From: a virus
IMG/VR virus record: IMGVR_UViG_3300018080_005856
Coordinates: 64,001-128,000 of that record
Reading direction: 5' to 3' (one strand)
DNA: 64,000 nt
This document shows, piece by piece, positions 20,287 to 29,484 of the stretch (position 1 is the first letter of the stretch; every line of letters starts with the position of its first letter). A program made the position numbers and the translations under genes. Under the pieces are notes generated by a model. That model was not told the DNA's origin. It worked only from the letters and a program-made list of their open reading frames with translations, and did not search any database.

Positions 20287-21087
20287 ATGAGTGTAGAAGG
20301 TTCAAACAGCGTAGTATCTCAGTTTACACAAACATATACTACGTTTAGTGGTGTCGATATAACGGCCCTGTTTGATGATATGACAGTAATGACTGTTCAG
20401 GGTATTGCAGTGTCAATTACCCGAGAAAAGGTCCCTGTCTACGTTTTCGGAAGAGCAAGGCCAGTCTCCATATCGCGTGGAAAGAGAGGTATAGCTGGAA
20501 CTTTACAGTTCGTTCTGTTTGACAGAGACGCGCTATACCATCTCATGCAAAATCCAGATCACTTCTATTACGCACATGCGGATGAAGTAAACTGGCTCAC
20601 AAATGCGGCAAATATGGCCAATTACCCAGGTCAACAGGGTACTGCTCAGATGGAAGACGGAACACAGCGTCCAGCTGGAGTTGCCAGGTCCCAAACAGCA
20701 ATACCCGACTACATGGATCAAATATGGCCATTTGACGTAACTCTGGTTGCCCAGAATGAGTATGGGCAAGGAGCATGGTCAGCCATAATAGGTCTGGAGA
20801 TCATAAACGAAGGTGGTGGTATCAGTATGGATGATCTCACCAATGAAGAGCAAGCGACATATATCGCGTTGCATAGAGTCCCATGGACAACCCTCTCACC
20901 TCTAGATAGAGATGAAGGTAATACCGACTACTGGGTATCTCAAGTACAGCTTTCAACAGATGGCAGGCTTGGTATATTTGGTGGCCGTCCTGGTGAGGAT
21001 TCTACCTTCGTTCCTGCTGGATATAACGAGGATGCGTATACTTATACAGCTAATCCTACTGAAGACGTTGTATATCCCAGCACCTAA
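20287..21087 (+). CDS. Tail tube protein
   Basis: Directly after the sheath with an AAGGAGG RBS. Motifs TFSGVDI, SITREKVPVYVFG, RGKRGIAGTLQF, PFDVTLVAQNEYG and EGGGISMDD. A terminator follows. Confidence 0.8.
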   Translation: MSVEGSNSVVSQFTQTYTTFSGVDITALFDDMTVMTVQGIAVSITREKVPVYVFGRARPVSISRGKRGIAGTLQFVLFDRDALYHLMQNPDHFYYAHADEVNWLTNAANMANYPGQQGTAQMEDGTQRPAGVARSQTAIPDYMDQIWPFDVTLVAQNEYGQGAWSAIIGLEIINEGGGISMDDLTNEEQATYIALHRVPWTTLSPLDRDEGNTDYWVSQVQLSTDGRLGIFGGRPGEDSTFVPAGYNEDAYTYTANPTEDVVYPST

Positions 21088-21148
21088 CAATTAAGGCAGT
21101 TCCTCCTTTCCGTTAGTCCTCCACTCTCCATCTAACAAGATAGAGAGC

Positions 21149-21184
21149 GAAGCCGGGTCAGAAATGGCCCGGTTTCTTTATATT
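21149..21184 (+). terminator. Intrinsic terminator after the tail tube gene
   Basis: GAAGCCGGGTCA-GAAA-TGGCCCGGTTTC followed by TTTATATT. Confidence 0.8.
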
Positions 21185-21238
21185 ACAGTTGCAAAAAGCT
21201 ACAGTATACGTTAACTTTTGCACTTAGAATATCATAGG

Positions 21239-21268
21239 TTGCGCATTATTGCGCTATGGTGATATAAT
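21239..21268 (+). promoter_or_regulatory. Sigma70-type promoter candidate
   Basis: TTGCGC-18 nt-TATAAT upstream of the Zn-finger gene. Confidence 0.5.
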
Positions 21269-21270
21269 TC

Positions 21271-21462
21271 ATGAGAGGTATGACATATATGAGAAAGAGG
21301 GGAAACTACGTCAAATGCCCACTATGTGGGGGAAAGGGACAGGTGCAAGACAAGGATACTAAGGAACTGCTACCGTGTCCCAAATGTGACAGAGGCTTTA
21401 TCCATGTGTCTGATGTTGGTTCAACAATGATATTTGATGAGGATGATGGTTATATAGACTAA
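21271..21462 (+). CDS. Small DnaJ-type zinc-finger protein
   Basis: CPLCGGKG...CPKCDRG; TAATG-coupled to the next gene. The start may be 21289. Confidence 0.65.
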   Translation: MRGMTYMRKRGNYVKCPLCGGKGQVQDKDTKELLPCPKCDRGFIHVSDVGSTMIFDEDDGYID

Positions 21463-22856
21463 TGGCTACTACAGATATTGACTCTCGTATAGCTAATATC
21501 GATCCAGATAAGGTAGATGATTATATATCATCACCGATGTATCCTACAGTAATGGACTACCCTGAGTCTATATCCGTTGGGGATAAGCTGTTTCCGTTGC
21601 TGTATATATACTATTTTGGGAACCCAACAGATTATTCAAAGATATCAAACACCAATCTATTCACCAAAGGTATGGAAGACTATATAGAGTTGATATCTGC
21701 GGTAGGTGGTTATTCTGAGTCTAAAAGTGCCCAGATGATAACAACATGGGTCAAAAGCACACAGGCGCTGAAGAAGTTCCGTCTTATGTTTGACTCAGCA
21801 TGCAAGAATAACCCGCAATTCGTATGGCTTATGGCAAACGCAGCATCTGCAGCAATGAAGAAGTACTCTAGTAGATTAAGTTACGATGATGAGAGGCCTC
21901 TACCTGGGTCAACATATTACAGACAACATTTGCCCAACGGGAAAACAAAGTTCTCATCTGTCCCTGCTATAAATGGAAATACTGGTACTGATATAGGAAC
22001 CTCCATGGAAGCTCTCAGAATACTATTTGAGAACGGACTTCTTACCTACGACTATGACCTGGGGATAAGGCCAATCAACATATTCACTGGAGAAATGTCA
22101 GAGGAGAAAGAGGAACTAAACAAGGAAAATGTTACTGCAAGATACTTAGGCCTCCCGACAAGAGGAATATTCACTGCCAGTAAAACCAAGAAGGGGTCCT
22201 CTATGTATCATACCTTTTCCGGTATAGATATAAATGCCCTAGCGTCTCTAGACACCAATGTTGCTGACCTGAACCAGCTGCTCTCATTATCCTGGTCCAT
22301 ACATAGGGGAACAACCTCTCTGAGAACTGTTGGGAAGGCTTCTCCCGGAGGTAGAGTTAAAGGGGGCAGAACTGTTGCTGGCACTATGGTATTCGCGCTA
22401 ACTGACCATCACCCACTACGGGATATTATCCCTGATACCTGGGAGGGGAGAAAGACTCAAGTGCTTAATGATCCAGACAACTGGAAGCCCCTTGTAATGG
22501 CGGACGAGATTCCAGGGTTTGATCTAGTATTAACCCTTACCAACGAGTACGGGTTTGCTGCTATCACTACGCTGTATGGTGTTCAAATAGCTGACGAGGG
22601 TGGGGTCTTCGGAATGGATAACCTTATGACTGAAATGGTACTACAGTATACAGCTGTAGCTATGGATCCTATAATGGAAGTATCTCTGGATGAGAATGGG
22701 GTCATAGATCCTTTTGGTATCCTACAGGGGGGTTATTCCAAAATGTGGAGAAAGCGGGAACTCATATCAGCCGGCGCTGGATTCTCAGACTTGGAAGCAG
22801 CATATGAGAGGTATTATGATACAGTACTATTCACTCCGAAAGTAAGAAGTAAATAA
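21462..22856 (+). CDS. Tail tube paralogue with N-terminal extension (tube initiator-like)
   Basis: The C-terminal half (TFSGIDI, GGRTVAGTMVF, GFDLVLTLTNEYG, EGGVFGMD) aligns by eye with 20287..21087. Confidence 0.75.
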   Translation: MATTDIDSRIANIDPDKVDDYISSPMYPTVMDYPESISVGDKLFPLLYIYYFGNPTDYSKISNTNLFTKGMEDYIELISAVGGYSESKSAQMITTWVKSTQALKKFRLMFDSACKNNPQFVWLMANAASAAMKKYSSRLSYDDERPLPGSTYYRQHLPNGKTKFSSVPAINGNTGTDIGTSMEALRILFENGLLTYDYDLGIRPINIFTGEMSEEKEELNKENVTARYLGLPTRGIFTASKTKKGSSMYHTFSGIDINALASLDTNVADLNQLLSLSWSIHRGTTSLRTVGKASPGGRVKGGRTVAGTMVFALTDHHPLRDIIPDTWEGRKTQVLNDPDNWKPLVMADEIPGFDLVLTLTNEYGFAAITTLYGVQIADEGGVFGMDNLMTEMVLQYTAVAMDPIMEVSLDENGVIDPFGILQGGYSKMWRKRELISAGAGFSDLEAAYERYYDTVLFTPKVRSK

Positions 22857-22953
22857 CTATAATGGCCACAATCAAAGATGCTACTGGCCCTAGGGCCGCC
22901 AGCAAGGCAAAGCCTATTAACGCACCTATTACATGTCCAAAAGCTGATAACAT
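22831..22953 (-). CDS. 40-aa hydrophobic membrane microprotein
   Basis: Below the track cutoff. MLSAFGHVIGALIGFALLAALGPVASLIVAIIVIYFLLSE; its ATG overlaps the upstream TAA (TAATG) and GGAG lies about 7 nt upstream. Confidence 0.65.
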   Translation of the reverse strand: MLSAFGHVIGALIGFALLAALGPVASLIVAIIVIYFLLSE

Positions 22954-23957
22954 TAGGGGTACTCCCAGTTAATACCATCAGTAGTGTATCTGTTGTATAA
23001 AACGTAGTAGTGCTCCTGGTCGTCTGAATTCCACTCATAATAACCACCAACGATGTTCCATATTTTATCCTTGTATACTATTGCACTATAAGCCGGAAAC
23101 GAGAAATTGTATGGGCAACCCGTACCGTAAAGTGAATCCATGGATACTCTGGACCAGTTCTCTAAATCGTCTATAGTGGTATTCCATATATCATATAACT
23201 TTTGAGGAACTGTACCATATGCTTCTCTTCCTCCCATTACCCAGAACTTATTGTTATAAACAAGAAACGCATGGCCTGTTCTATGCGGGACCAGCGTGTC
23301 TAGAGTTATGGCTTCCCACGTAACAGCATTATCTGATACAAACAGACCACTGCCTGAAGATATATATATTCTACCGTCATATACGACACATCTAGGATGT
23401 CCAGATTCTAGGTTAGAATTATAACATCGCCAGGTTTCTCCATCGGTAGATGAACAAGCTGTACTGGCAGCTTCTAAGGAAGTGTGCATTCCACCTATGA
23501 CCCACATCGCACCATTGAAAACTATGAGAGAATGATATGCTCTTTTCCCGAAGGGGGCATGTTCTGTTACACAAGTCCAGTCTTTGCCATTAGAGGATGA
23601 CCATACGTCGTCTTCATATTCGTAAGCTGGTGTAGGACCATCTGATAATTCTCCACCAGTGATCCATAGCTTCCCATTGTACTCTACTATTCCATCCATC
23701 ACCCTGGGAGGAAATTCTGGTTTGTCCTTTATAAGAGTCCAGTCTTTGCCATTCTTCGAAGAATATATTCCACCATAGTCTACTACTCCGCCGTACTCTG
23801 TGTGGTAACCACAGTGGACAAATATCTTGTCCTTGAATATTGTGACTGTAGGCCAGCTCAATGCCGGAAGTTCGTCGTATATTACTTCCTCTTCCAATCC
23901 ACATCCTGGCAACAGAATGATAATGATGGCTATAATCTGAAATATCACTGGTTTCAT
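22953..23957 (-). CDS. Lipoprotein with kelch-like beta-propeller
   Basis: GAGGTGA RBS before MKPVIFQIIAIIIILLPGC (lipobox LPG-C). Repeated LWITGG / MWVIGG / FWVMGG ... W-S-DG-W blades. The track start at 24011 is probably too long. Confidence 0.8.
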   Translation of the reverse strand: MKPVIFQIIAIIIILLPGCGLEEEVIYDELPALSWPTVTIFKDKIFVHCGYHTEYGGVVDYGGIYSSKNGKDWTLIKDKPEFPPRVMDGIVEYNGKLWITGGELSDGPTPAYEYEDDVWSSSNGKDWTCVTEHAPFGKRAYHSLIVFNGAMWVIGGMHTSLEAASTACSSTDGETWRCYNSNLESGHPRCVVYDGRIYISSGSGLFVSDNAVTWEAITLDTLVPHRTGHAFLVYNNKFWVMGGREAYGTVPQKLYDIWNTTIDDLENWSRVSMDSLYGTGCPYNFSFPAYSAIVYKDKIWNIVGGYYEWNSDDQEHYYVLYNRYTTDGINWEYP

Positions 23958-23967
23958 AACTTTCACC

Positions 23968-25941
23968 TCACCTATACCAAATGTCCCATGCCCAGCGGTC
24001 AGCTCCTTCACCTGTCAGCATAATAAGCTTATCTTTAAAAGATTCCATAGTATGCCCGCGTCTGGGTATAACTTCGCTATTAAAGCTTACAGGATTCCAT
24101 GTTATACCGTCAGATGACGACCAGGTGTCGTCACGGCGGCCAAAGGTGTAAGGGCTTTCATCATCAAAATGTACCCTTAAACATACAGCAGTACAGTAGG
24201 CGTCATGTGTATATTCAATAGTGCCGTAACTTACCAGTGTGACCCCAACTTCCAAATCTGTAATTTCCGCCCAGGTCCAGGGCACCCCGGTGTCCGGGTT
24301 GTCTGTCCAGGTGTATGTTCTGCCTTCATAATTGCCTGTTGTAGATATTATTGGATCCAGATCTGTAGATTCAAATATAGAACCGTTTGTCATTATAGCT
24401 GCCCTCGCATTTGCAGAGGAACCGCTCCTTCTCACAGAAACAAACACCTCTATGCTTGCTATATAGCCGCCCCAGGCCAGAGGATTGTCCTCTACCTCGT
24501 AGAGGTCCCTGTAAGTGCCTCCGGATGGAGGACCGCCTTCAGTAGATACCCTGGTTATATCACCATCTATTTCTCCCGGATCATTTACACTGCTGTAATG
24601 CGGAGAAGATGGGGGATACGGCATGCTGGTTTCTGAACCATCGCCAGTCACCATCAGTACACCTACTGCCGGGATCCCATACTCTCCGCCGTTGATCCAT
24701 AACTTCCCGTCATGCACTGCGGAAGCAAACATTGCTCGTGTTCCAAAACCTATACCAGCTGGAGGTACTTTGTCCCATACAAGGCCGTCAGACGAATGCC
24801 ACACTTCTGAACTATAGGTATAGCCAGTTATAAGACCATACGAAGACGGTGAAGAACTGTATGAGCATGACATGCCGCCGATAAGCCACATCTCATTATT
24901 GAATACCCGCAACTCAAATAGGGTCCTGCTGGTGAATATGTCCCTGACGTGAGCCCAGTCTGCTGCATTGAATGGATAAGAAGGCCCATGGTCAACTATG
25001 CACGTGTAATGAGAATTATAGTGTGTGACAATATCGCCTACAGAGTAGGACATATCGTACCGCCATCTTGGCGGAGTTACAAGCTCCCAGTCTACTCCGT
25101 TTGTAGACCGCCATACATCATTCTCAAATCCCATTCCGATACAGCCGCCTATAACCCACATGTAACCATCAAAAGAGACAGCTTTATGGCCGGCCCTACC
25201 GCAGAACCCGGGACTGTTCGTTGCTCTGTGCCAGTCTGTGCCATCATAAGAGTACCATACGTCATCGTTGTATGTAGTATCCAGAGACCGGCCTCCTATG
25301 TTCCATATTCTGCCATCATATACGCATGCTGCACTTGCATGGTTGGATATGTTTTCAAAGACAGGATGTTCTGTAGCCAGATACCAGTTGACAGCGTCAT
25401 CTGTATACCATATATCATTAATGAAGTTACCCGAATCGAAGGTGGCTGTATTTACATAGTTCTGGTACCCATTAAAACCACCTATAACCCATAACTTGTC
25501 ATCAAATATAACTGACTGGTACAGACTTCTGGATCTGAACCATGACATTGAGGAAAGAGAAGCCCAGTTATCACCAACTTTTAGAGTATGGCCGGCAGCC
25601 ATTTGACTGTAATCACTGTACCCCTTACTATCACAGTATGCCTGAACCTGGTAGTAATAAAAGTATCCGTCTTTTACGTCAGTGTCAGTAAAGGACAGCT
25701 CTGTAGTTTCACCGATGTAATCTACAACTTCACAAGCTGCCCCGCTCCTGTAAATATAGTAGAGTTCAGCATACTCTACAGCATCCCAGGTTATTACTAC
25801 TCTATCGGCATAATCACCGCAGGTAGCGTGTATGTTTTCCGGTGCCAGATAAGGGGGCTCCTCTTGCTCTATGTCATCATGGCATAGACATCCTGAAAGG
25901 AGAATTAGTAGGAATTGACATAATATTGTTGCAGTCTTCAC
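23968..25941 (-). CDS. Lipoprotein with FN3, kelch-like propeller and CBM5/12-like insert
   Basis: GGAGG before GTG 25941 and lipobox LSG-C. FN3 (VVITWDAV..YYIYRS..FTDT..YYYQVQA), WxIGG...VW-S-DG-W repeats, and WRYDMSYSVGDIVTHYNSHYTC. Confidence 0.8.
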   Translation of the reverse strand: MKTATILCQFLLILLSGCLCHDDIEQEEPPYLAPENIHATCGDYADRVVITWDAVEYAELYYIYRSGAACEVVDYIGETTELSFTDTDVKDGYFYYYQVQAYCDSKGYSDYSQMAAGHTLKVGDNWASLSSMSWFRSRSLYQSVIFDDKLWVIGGFNGYQNYVNTATFDSGNFINDIWYTDDAVNWYLATEHPVFENISNHASAACVYDGRIWNIGGRSLDTTYNDDVWYSYDGTDWHRATNSPGFCGRAGHKAVSFDGYMWVIGGCIGMGFENDVWRSTNGVDWELVTPPRWRYDMSYSVGDIVTHYNSHYTCIVDHGPSYPFNAADWAHVRDIFTSRTLFELRVFNNEMWLIGGMSCSYSSSPSSYGLITGYTYSSEVWHSSDGLVWDKVPPAGIGFGTRAMFASAVHDGKLWINGGEYGIPAVGVLMVTGDGSETSMPYPPSSPHYSSVNDPGEIDGDITRVSTEGGPPSGGTYRDLYEVEDNPLAWGGYIASIEVFVSVRRSGSSANARAAIMTNGSIFESTDLDPIISTTGNYEGRTYTWTDNPDTGVPWTWAEITDLEVGVTLVSYGTIEYTHDAYCTAVCLRVHFDDESPYTFGRRDDTWSSSDGITWNPVSFNSEVIPRRGHTMESFKDKLIMLTGEGADRWAWDIWYR

Positions 25942-25984
25942 AATGTACCTCCAAGGTAGCATGATCTAGATTTACTACCGGTGG

Positions 25985-26222
25985 GTTCCAGAAGTGAGCT
26001 ATGTGAGATACATATCTTAATGAAGCCGTCTCCAGGGACCCATCGCGTTGTTCCCGCACGGACTCGTACTTATTAGTCATGAGTAGTTGTTCACTATGAT
26101 TTGTGAACAAATATATCCAGTCAGTATCTGACTGTAATGCCTATCTCACATATGTAGGAAAGCTTTCCTAGTTGGAACTATATTTCGCGTTTCCGAGTGT
26201 TAGACCAGAAGCATCTTCTGGT
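25985..26222. ncRNA. Candidate multi-branched structured RNA/DNA element
   Basis: Nested inverted repeats in an intergenic gap: an 11-bp perfect enclosing stem plus six hairpins (see findings). No known family recognised. Confidence 0.45.
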
Positions 26223-26233
26223 TAGTGCCTTTC

Positions 26234-26650
26234 CTATCTTGCTTCTTTACAAGCTTTATCCATTTCTTCGTTAAACTCCCGATTAACATGGACAGCTGTT
26301 ATTGTTACATCATTCTCCTTCTCTATTTTAGATATTCTATCTTTATATGGTCTTAGCTTTCTACTCTTTACATTGTATACTCCGGTTAATTGGAGAACAA
26401 CAAGTTCAGAGTCACCTATTACCCGTATCAATGTAGCATCTGGATCAGCAACCATGAGAGTTTCGATCCCAACCGTAACAGCTTCCCACTCAGCTTCATT
26501 GTTTGTATGGATCCCATCCATTCTCCAGCTCTGTTCTATGATTGCACCAGAATCTGAAGTTGCTTTGAACGCGCAGCTGGCTTTCCCAGGATTGGGACTA
26601 GCGCCTCCATCAAATCTCAGTGTCCATACGTGTAGCTTCTTCTGTTCCAT
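26234..26650 (-). CDS. rnhA: Ribonuclease HI
   Basis: FDGGASPNPG, TNNEAEWEA, GDSELVVLQ and HVNREFNEEMD give a complete D-E-D-D active site. Confidence 0.92.
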   Translation of the reverse strand: MEQKKLHVWTLRFDGGASPNPGKASCAFKATSDSGAIIEQSWRMDGIHTNNEAEWEAVTVGIETLMVADPDATLIRVIGDSELVVLQLTGVYNVKSRKLRPYKDRISKIEKENDVTITAVHVNREFNEEMDKACKEAR

Positions 26651-26819
26651 TGACAGCCTCCTTATTGGAATCCTTGGCTTCCAGAGGTTCTGTCTTCTTC
26701 CTACGTACTACTAGACGTTTTCCACACTTCAGACATTCCTTCTGACTTGGGTCATCTATGAAGTTCTTTACTCCGCAGCTGCATAGTATTTCCCTGTATT
26801 TATATCTTATCTCTTCCAA
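26610..26819 (-). CDS. Small zinc-ribbon protein
   Basis: CSCG...CLKCGKRL; TTG start with GAGG upstream. Confidence 0.55.
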   Translation of the reverse strand: MEEIRYKYREILCSCGVKNFIDDPSQKECLKCGKRLVVRRKKTEPLEAKDSNKEAVNGTEEATRMDTEI

Positions 26820-26829
26820 TGCAATCCCT

Positions 26830-27123
26830 CTAGTTGTATTTTATAAGTGATGTAACGGTATAGGAAAAGAACGAGGTAAGGAATCCTTGTAGCACGGGAT
26901 ACAGCCATGTGTCTATCCCTTCGGGTTTGATGATGAAGGATCCAAACACCCCTACCCAGAAACCTATACATTGTGAACAGTATAAGAACTTGGATAGGTA
27001 CGTATCTACGGGAGGAGATACCATCTCTATTATCTTATCTTTAATACCATCAAGGAGAAAGGCATTACTCATAGAAACAGTTACAGCTACCCATATAGTA
27101 TTTACTATTATAAACTTAGTCAT
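26830..27123 (-). CDS. Small membrane protein, DUF1360-like
   Basis: Hydrophobic helices around LYCSQCIGFWV. Confidence 0.6.
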   Translation of the reverse strand: MTKFIIVNTIWVAVTVSMSNAFLLDGIKDKIIEMVSPPVDTYLSKFLYCSQCIGFWVGVFGSFIIKPEGIDTWLYPVLQGFLTSFFSYTVTSLIKYN

Positions 27124-27535
27124 TTGACTCTTCTTCTAATAATGGTTTCAAAGCCAACCTCACCAGTCTGGCTATGTTAAAAGCCACGTCGAGAAATGAC
27201 CCCTCCTTTATAGCTTGTTTCACTCCGTCGTATTGATTACCACAGCCTGTCATTCCTGGCTCTTTCAGCACACAACCTTCACATCTATCCTTGATATATA
27301 TATGACATAGCGGGCACATTTCCTCAGTCGTAACGTGTCCTATATGTTGTCTGATACTCTTGTCTAAAACGGCTATAGTAAGATATTTACCAACAAGAGA
27401 ATAAGCCTGGAGAAGCTCATCAGGGTACTTTCCTCTCATCTCATTTACAGTATCTACGGACAGCTGTGCGATACGTCTTATAAGTTCTTCTCCATGCATC
27501 CGTTGCGGCACCTCCTTACAACCGGGAGTTCCCAT
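27116..27535 (-). CDS. Hypothetical Cys-cluster protein
   Basis: CPLC..RCEGC..GC; packed within the operon. Confidence 0.6.
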   Translation of the reverse strand: MGTPGCKEVPQRMHGEELIRRIAQLSVDTVNEMRGKYPDELLQAYSLVGKYLTIAVLDKSIRQHIGHVTTEEMCPLCHIYIKDRCEGCVLKEPGMTGCGNQYDGVKQAIKEGSFLDVAFNIARLVRLALKPLLEEESND

Positions 27536-27551
27536 CTCTTTCTATATACTC

Positions 27552-27788
27552 TCATTGTCCTGGGTCAAGCTCAATAATGCTGGATATAGTATGATAGTCT
27601 ATCACAGCTTTTGTATTCAGTATTATACTACTTTCCGTTATCTTTATTACTATTCCTGTCGCTATGTTTGTTGTCGGTGCTAGTTGAGTTGTAAAAGTAT
27701 TGTACCATATTCCTACAATCTTTCCCACTAGACCAGAGTACCTGACTATACTCATTAAACCGCTGCTGCCAGTGTGTTCAATCCTCAT
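27552..27788 (-). CDS. Hypothetical small protein
   Basis: 78-aa ORF that fills the operon gap. Confidence 0.5.
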   Translation of the reverse strand: MRIEHTGSSGLMSIVRYSGLVGKIVGIWYNTFTTQLAPTTNIATGIVIKITESSIILNTKAVIDYHTISSIIELDPGQ

Positions 27789-27796
27789 GGTGTTTC

Positions 27797-28063
27797 CTAT
27801 CCAATAGAAACATCTATTTTAAGCTCAACTGGAACTACCTTACAATATCGAACGTTATTGGCTCCCCACTTTTCAACCGCCGTAACATATATGGCCTTCT
27901 TTATCTTCATGTCTTGTGGTGATGATGAATATTCATCAAAACTCACAACCGTCTGCGTCTGGCCCTTCGGCGTCAGCTTTCGTATCAGAAGGAACTCCAC
28001 TGTCGGGAGGTCCACCATTAGCTCCTCCTTGGTCTGGTTCTGCTCCTTTATCTTCCCCGCCAT
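27797..28063 (-). CDS. Hypothetical small protein
   Basis: 88 aa with AGGAGG upstream. Confidence 0.6.
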   Translation of the reverse strand: MAGKIKEQNQTKEELMVDLPTVEFLLIRKLTPKGQTQTVVSFDEYSSSPQDMKIKKAIYVTAVEKWGANNVRYCKVVPVELKIDVSIG

Positions 28064-28382
28064 CTTCTGGTTTCCTCCTTCTTATAGCTGATATCTCTTC
28101 TTTCATGGTATGTGTGTCCAACCATCTCTCCTTTTCCTCTTCCATAATACTATTGAGTGCCTTAGACAGAGCATACTGGAGTACCTTAGCTGGTGCTCTA
28201 TTGTCACTCTTTACACTCATTCCTATGGATAACTTTCTTGTTATCCTCGACCCAGGCCCGTCTGGGCTGTCTGGGTCAGGAACAATAATATCGATAGATT
28301 CCTGATATGTTTGCCATAAGGAATCTGTCCATAGATTATCCCGCATACCTCTGGTAGCGTCATCAAGTTCATTATCACCCAT
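27936..28382 (-). CDS. Hypothetical protein
   Basis: 148 aa starting 8 nt after recA with a GAGG RBS. Its low-complexity tail overlaps the next gene by 128 nt. Confidence 0.5.
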   Translation of the reverse strand: MGDNELDDATRGMRDNLWTDSLWQTYQESIDIIVPDPDSPDGPGSRITRKLSIGMSVKSDNRAPAKVLQYALSKALNSIMEEEKERWLDTHTMKEEISAIRRRKPEDGGEDKGAEPDQGGANGGPPDSGVPSDTKADAEGPDADGCEF

Positions 28383-28389
28383 ATAATCC

Positions 28390-29484
28390 TCACATTATTT
28401 CCTGTTGTTGTTCTGCAGACATCAGCTTGGTGTTGAGTACATTTGGATCCCTGCATATCGCAGCAATCTCATCTAGGATTGGCTTGTTGTTCAGAAGGAA
28501 TTCTGTGACATTAGCCGCTCCCTGCCCCAGTCTTTCGCCATTGTATGAATACCAAGTACCAGCCTTGGTTATGACTCCCAATTTGGAGCCCATATCTACT
28601 ATTCCAGATGCTACTGTCTTCTTGGCATCATAGTACATTGTGAACTCTTCAACAGCATAGGGAGGACCCACTTTATTCTTTATAGCTTTTACCTTTACAG
28701 TGTTTGCATACGCATCACTTCCAGATGTAAGCACACCAGTCTTTCTCATATCAAGACGAAGTGATGAGTAGAATTTCAGTGCATTTCCTCCAGTGGTTGT
28801 TTCGGGGCTACCAAACATAACCCCTATTTTGTGCCTTATCTGGTTTATGAATATGACACATGTCTTACTCTTGGCAATATTTCCGGTGAGTTTCCTTAGT
28901 GCCTGACTCATCAGCCTAGCCTGGAGACCCATATGGGAATCACCCATACTACCTTCCAGTTCAGCTCTAGGCACAAGAGATGCTACAGAGTCTATTACTA
29001 TTACATCTATTACTCCCGACTTTACACCGTCCTCTACCATACTCAGAGCGTCTTCTCCAGTATCTGGTTGAGCAATGTTCAGCTTCTTTACTCCTATATT
29101 GCTTACGTGTCCAGGTTCCAGAGCATGCTCCATATCAACATATAGATGTTTTCCACCCATGGCCTGTGCCTGCTGTATCACATGTAAACATAGGGTTGTT
29201 TTGCCAGACATTTCTGGGCCTATTATCTCGGTTATTCTTCCTCTGGGTATTCCTCCCACCCGGGTTACCCTGTCTACTGGAAGGATACCGGTGGGTATTA
29301 CTTCTACCTTAGAAGTAGTTTCTTCAGCCTCTTCAGCACTATCACCGAATACCATAATAGAACCATCTCCATAGGTCTTACGCATCTTGACAAGAGCCTC
29401 TTCATACAGTTCCTCTCTGCTCTTGTCTTTGTTTGGAGCCTCCTCAGGGGCTTTAGTAGTTTTACCTTTTGTTGCTTTACTCAT
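28390..29484 (-). CDS. recA: Recombinase RecA (bacterial type)
   Basis: GGIPRGRITEIIGPEMSGKTT, IAQPDTGEDAL, VIDSVASLVPRAELEG, FINQIRHKIGVMFGSPETTTGGNALKFY and KNKVGPPY; AGGAGG RBS. Confidence 0.98.
   Translation of the reverse strand: MSKATKGKTTKAPEEAPNKDKSREELYEEALVKMRKTYGDGSIMVFGDSAEEAEETTSKVEVIPTGILPVDRVTRVGGIPRGRITEIIGPEMSGKTTLCLHVIQQAQAMGGKHLYVDMEHALEPGHVSNIGVKKLNIAQPDTGEDALSMVEDGVKSGVIDVIVIDSVASLVPRAELEGSMGDSHMGLQARLMSQALRKLTGNIAKSKTCVIFINQIRHKIGVMFGSPETTTGGNALKFYSSLRLDMRKTGVLTSGSDAYANTVKVKAIKNKVGPPYAVEEFTMYYDAKKTVASGIVDMGSKLGVITKAGTWYSYNGERLGQGAANVTEFLLNNKPILDEIAAICRDPNVLNTKLMSAEQQQEIM

Noticed and set aside
22953-25941. Repeated units in the lipoproteins as a possible DGR or variable cassette
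   Set aside because: The repeats are protein-level propeller blades; no nucleotide TR/VR pair or reverse transcriptase was seen in the window.
25877-26110. 77-aa minus-strand ORF with a CxxC motif
   Set aside because: TTG start without a clear RBS, overlaps the lipoprotein start, and runs through the inverted-repeat element, which explains the region better.
28061-28072. 12-mer CATCTTCTGGTT shared between the hairpin at 26212-26223 and the start-codon region of 27797..28063 (possible antisense target)
   Set aside because: A single 12-nt match is compatible with chance, and in the element it is locked inside a stem.
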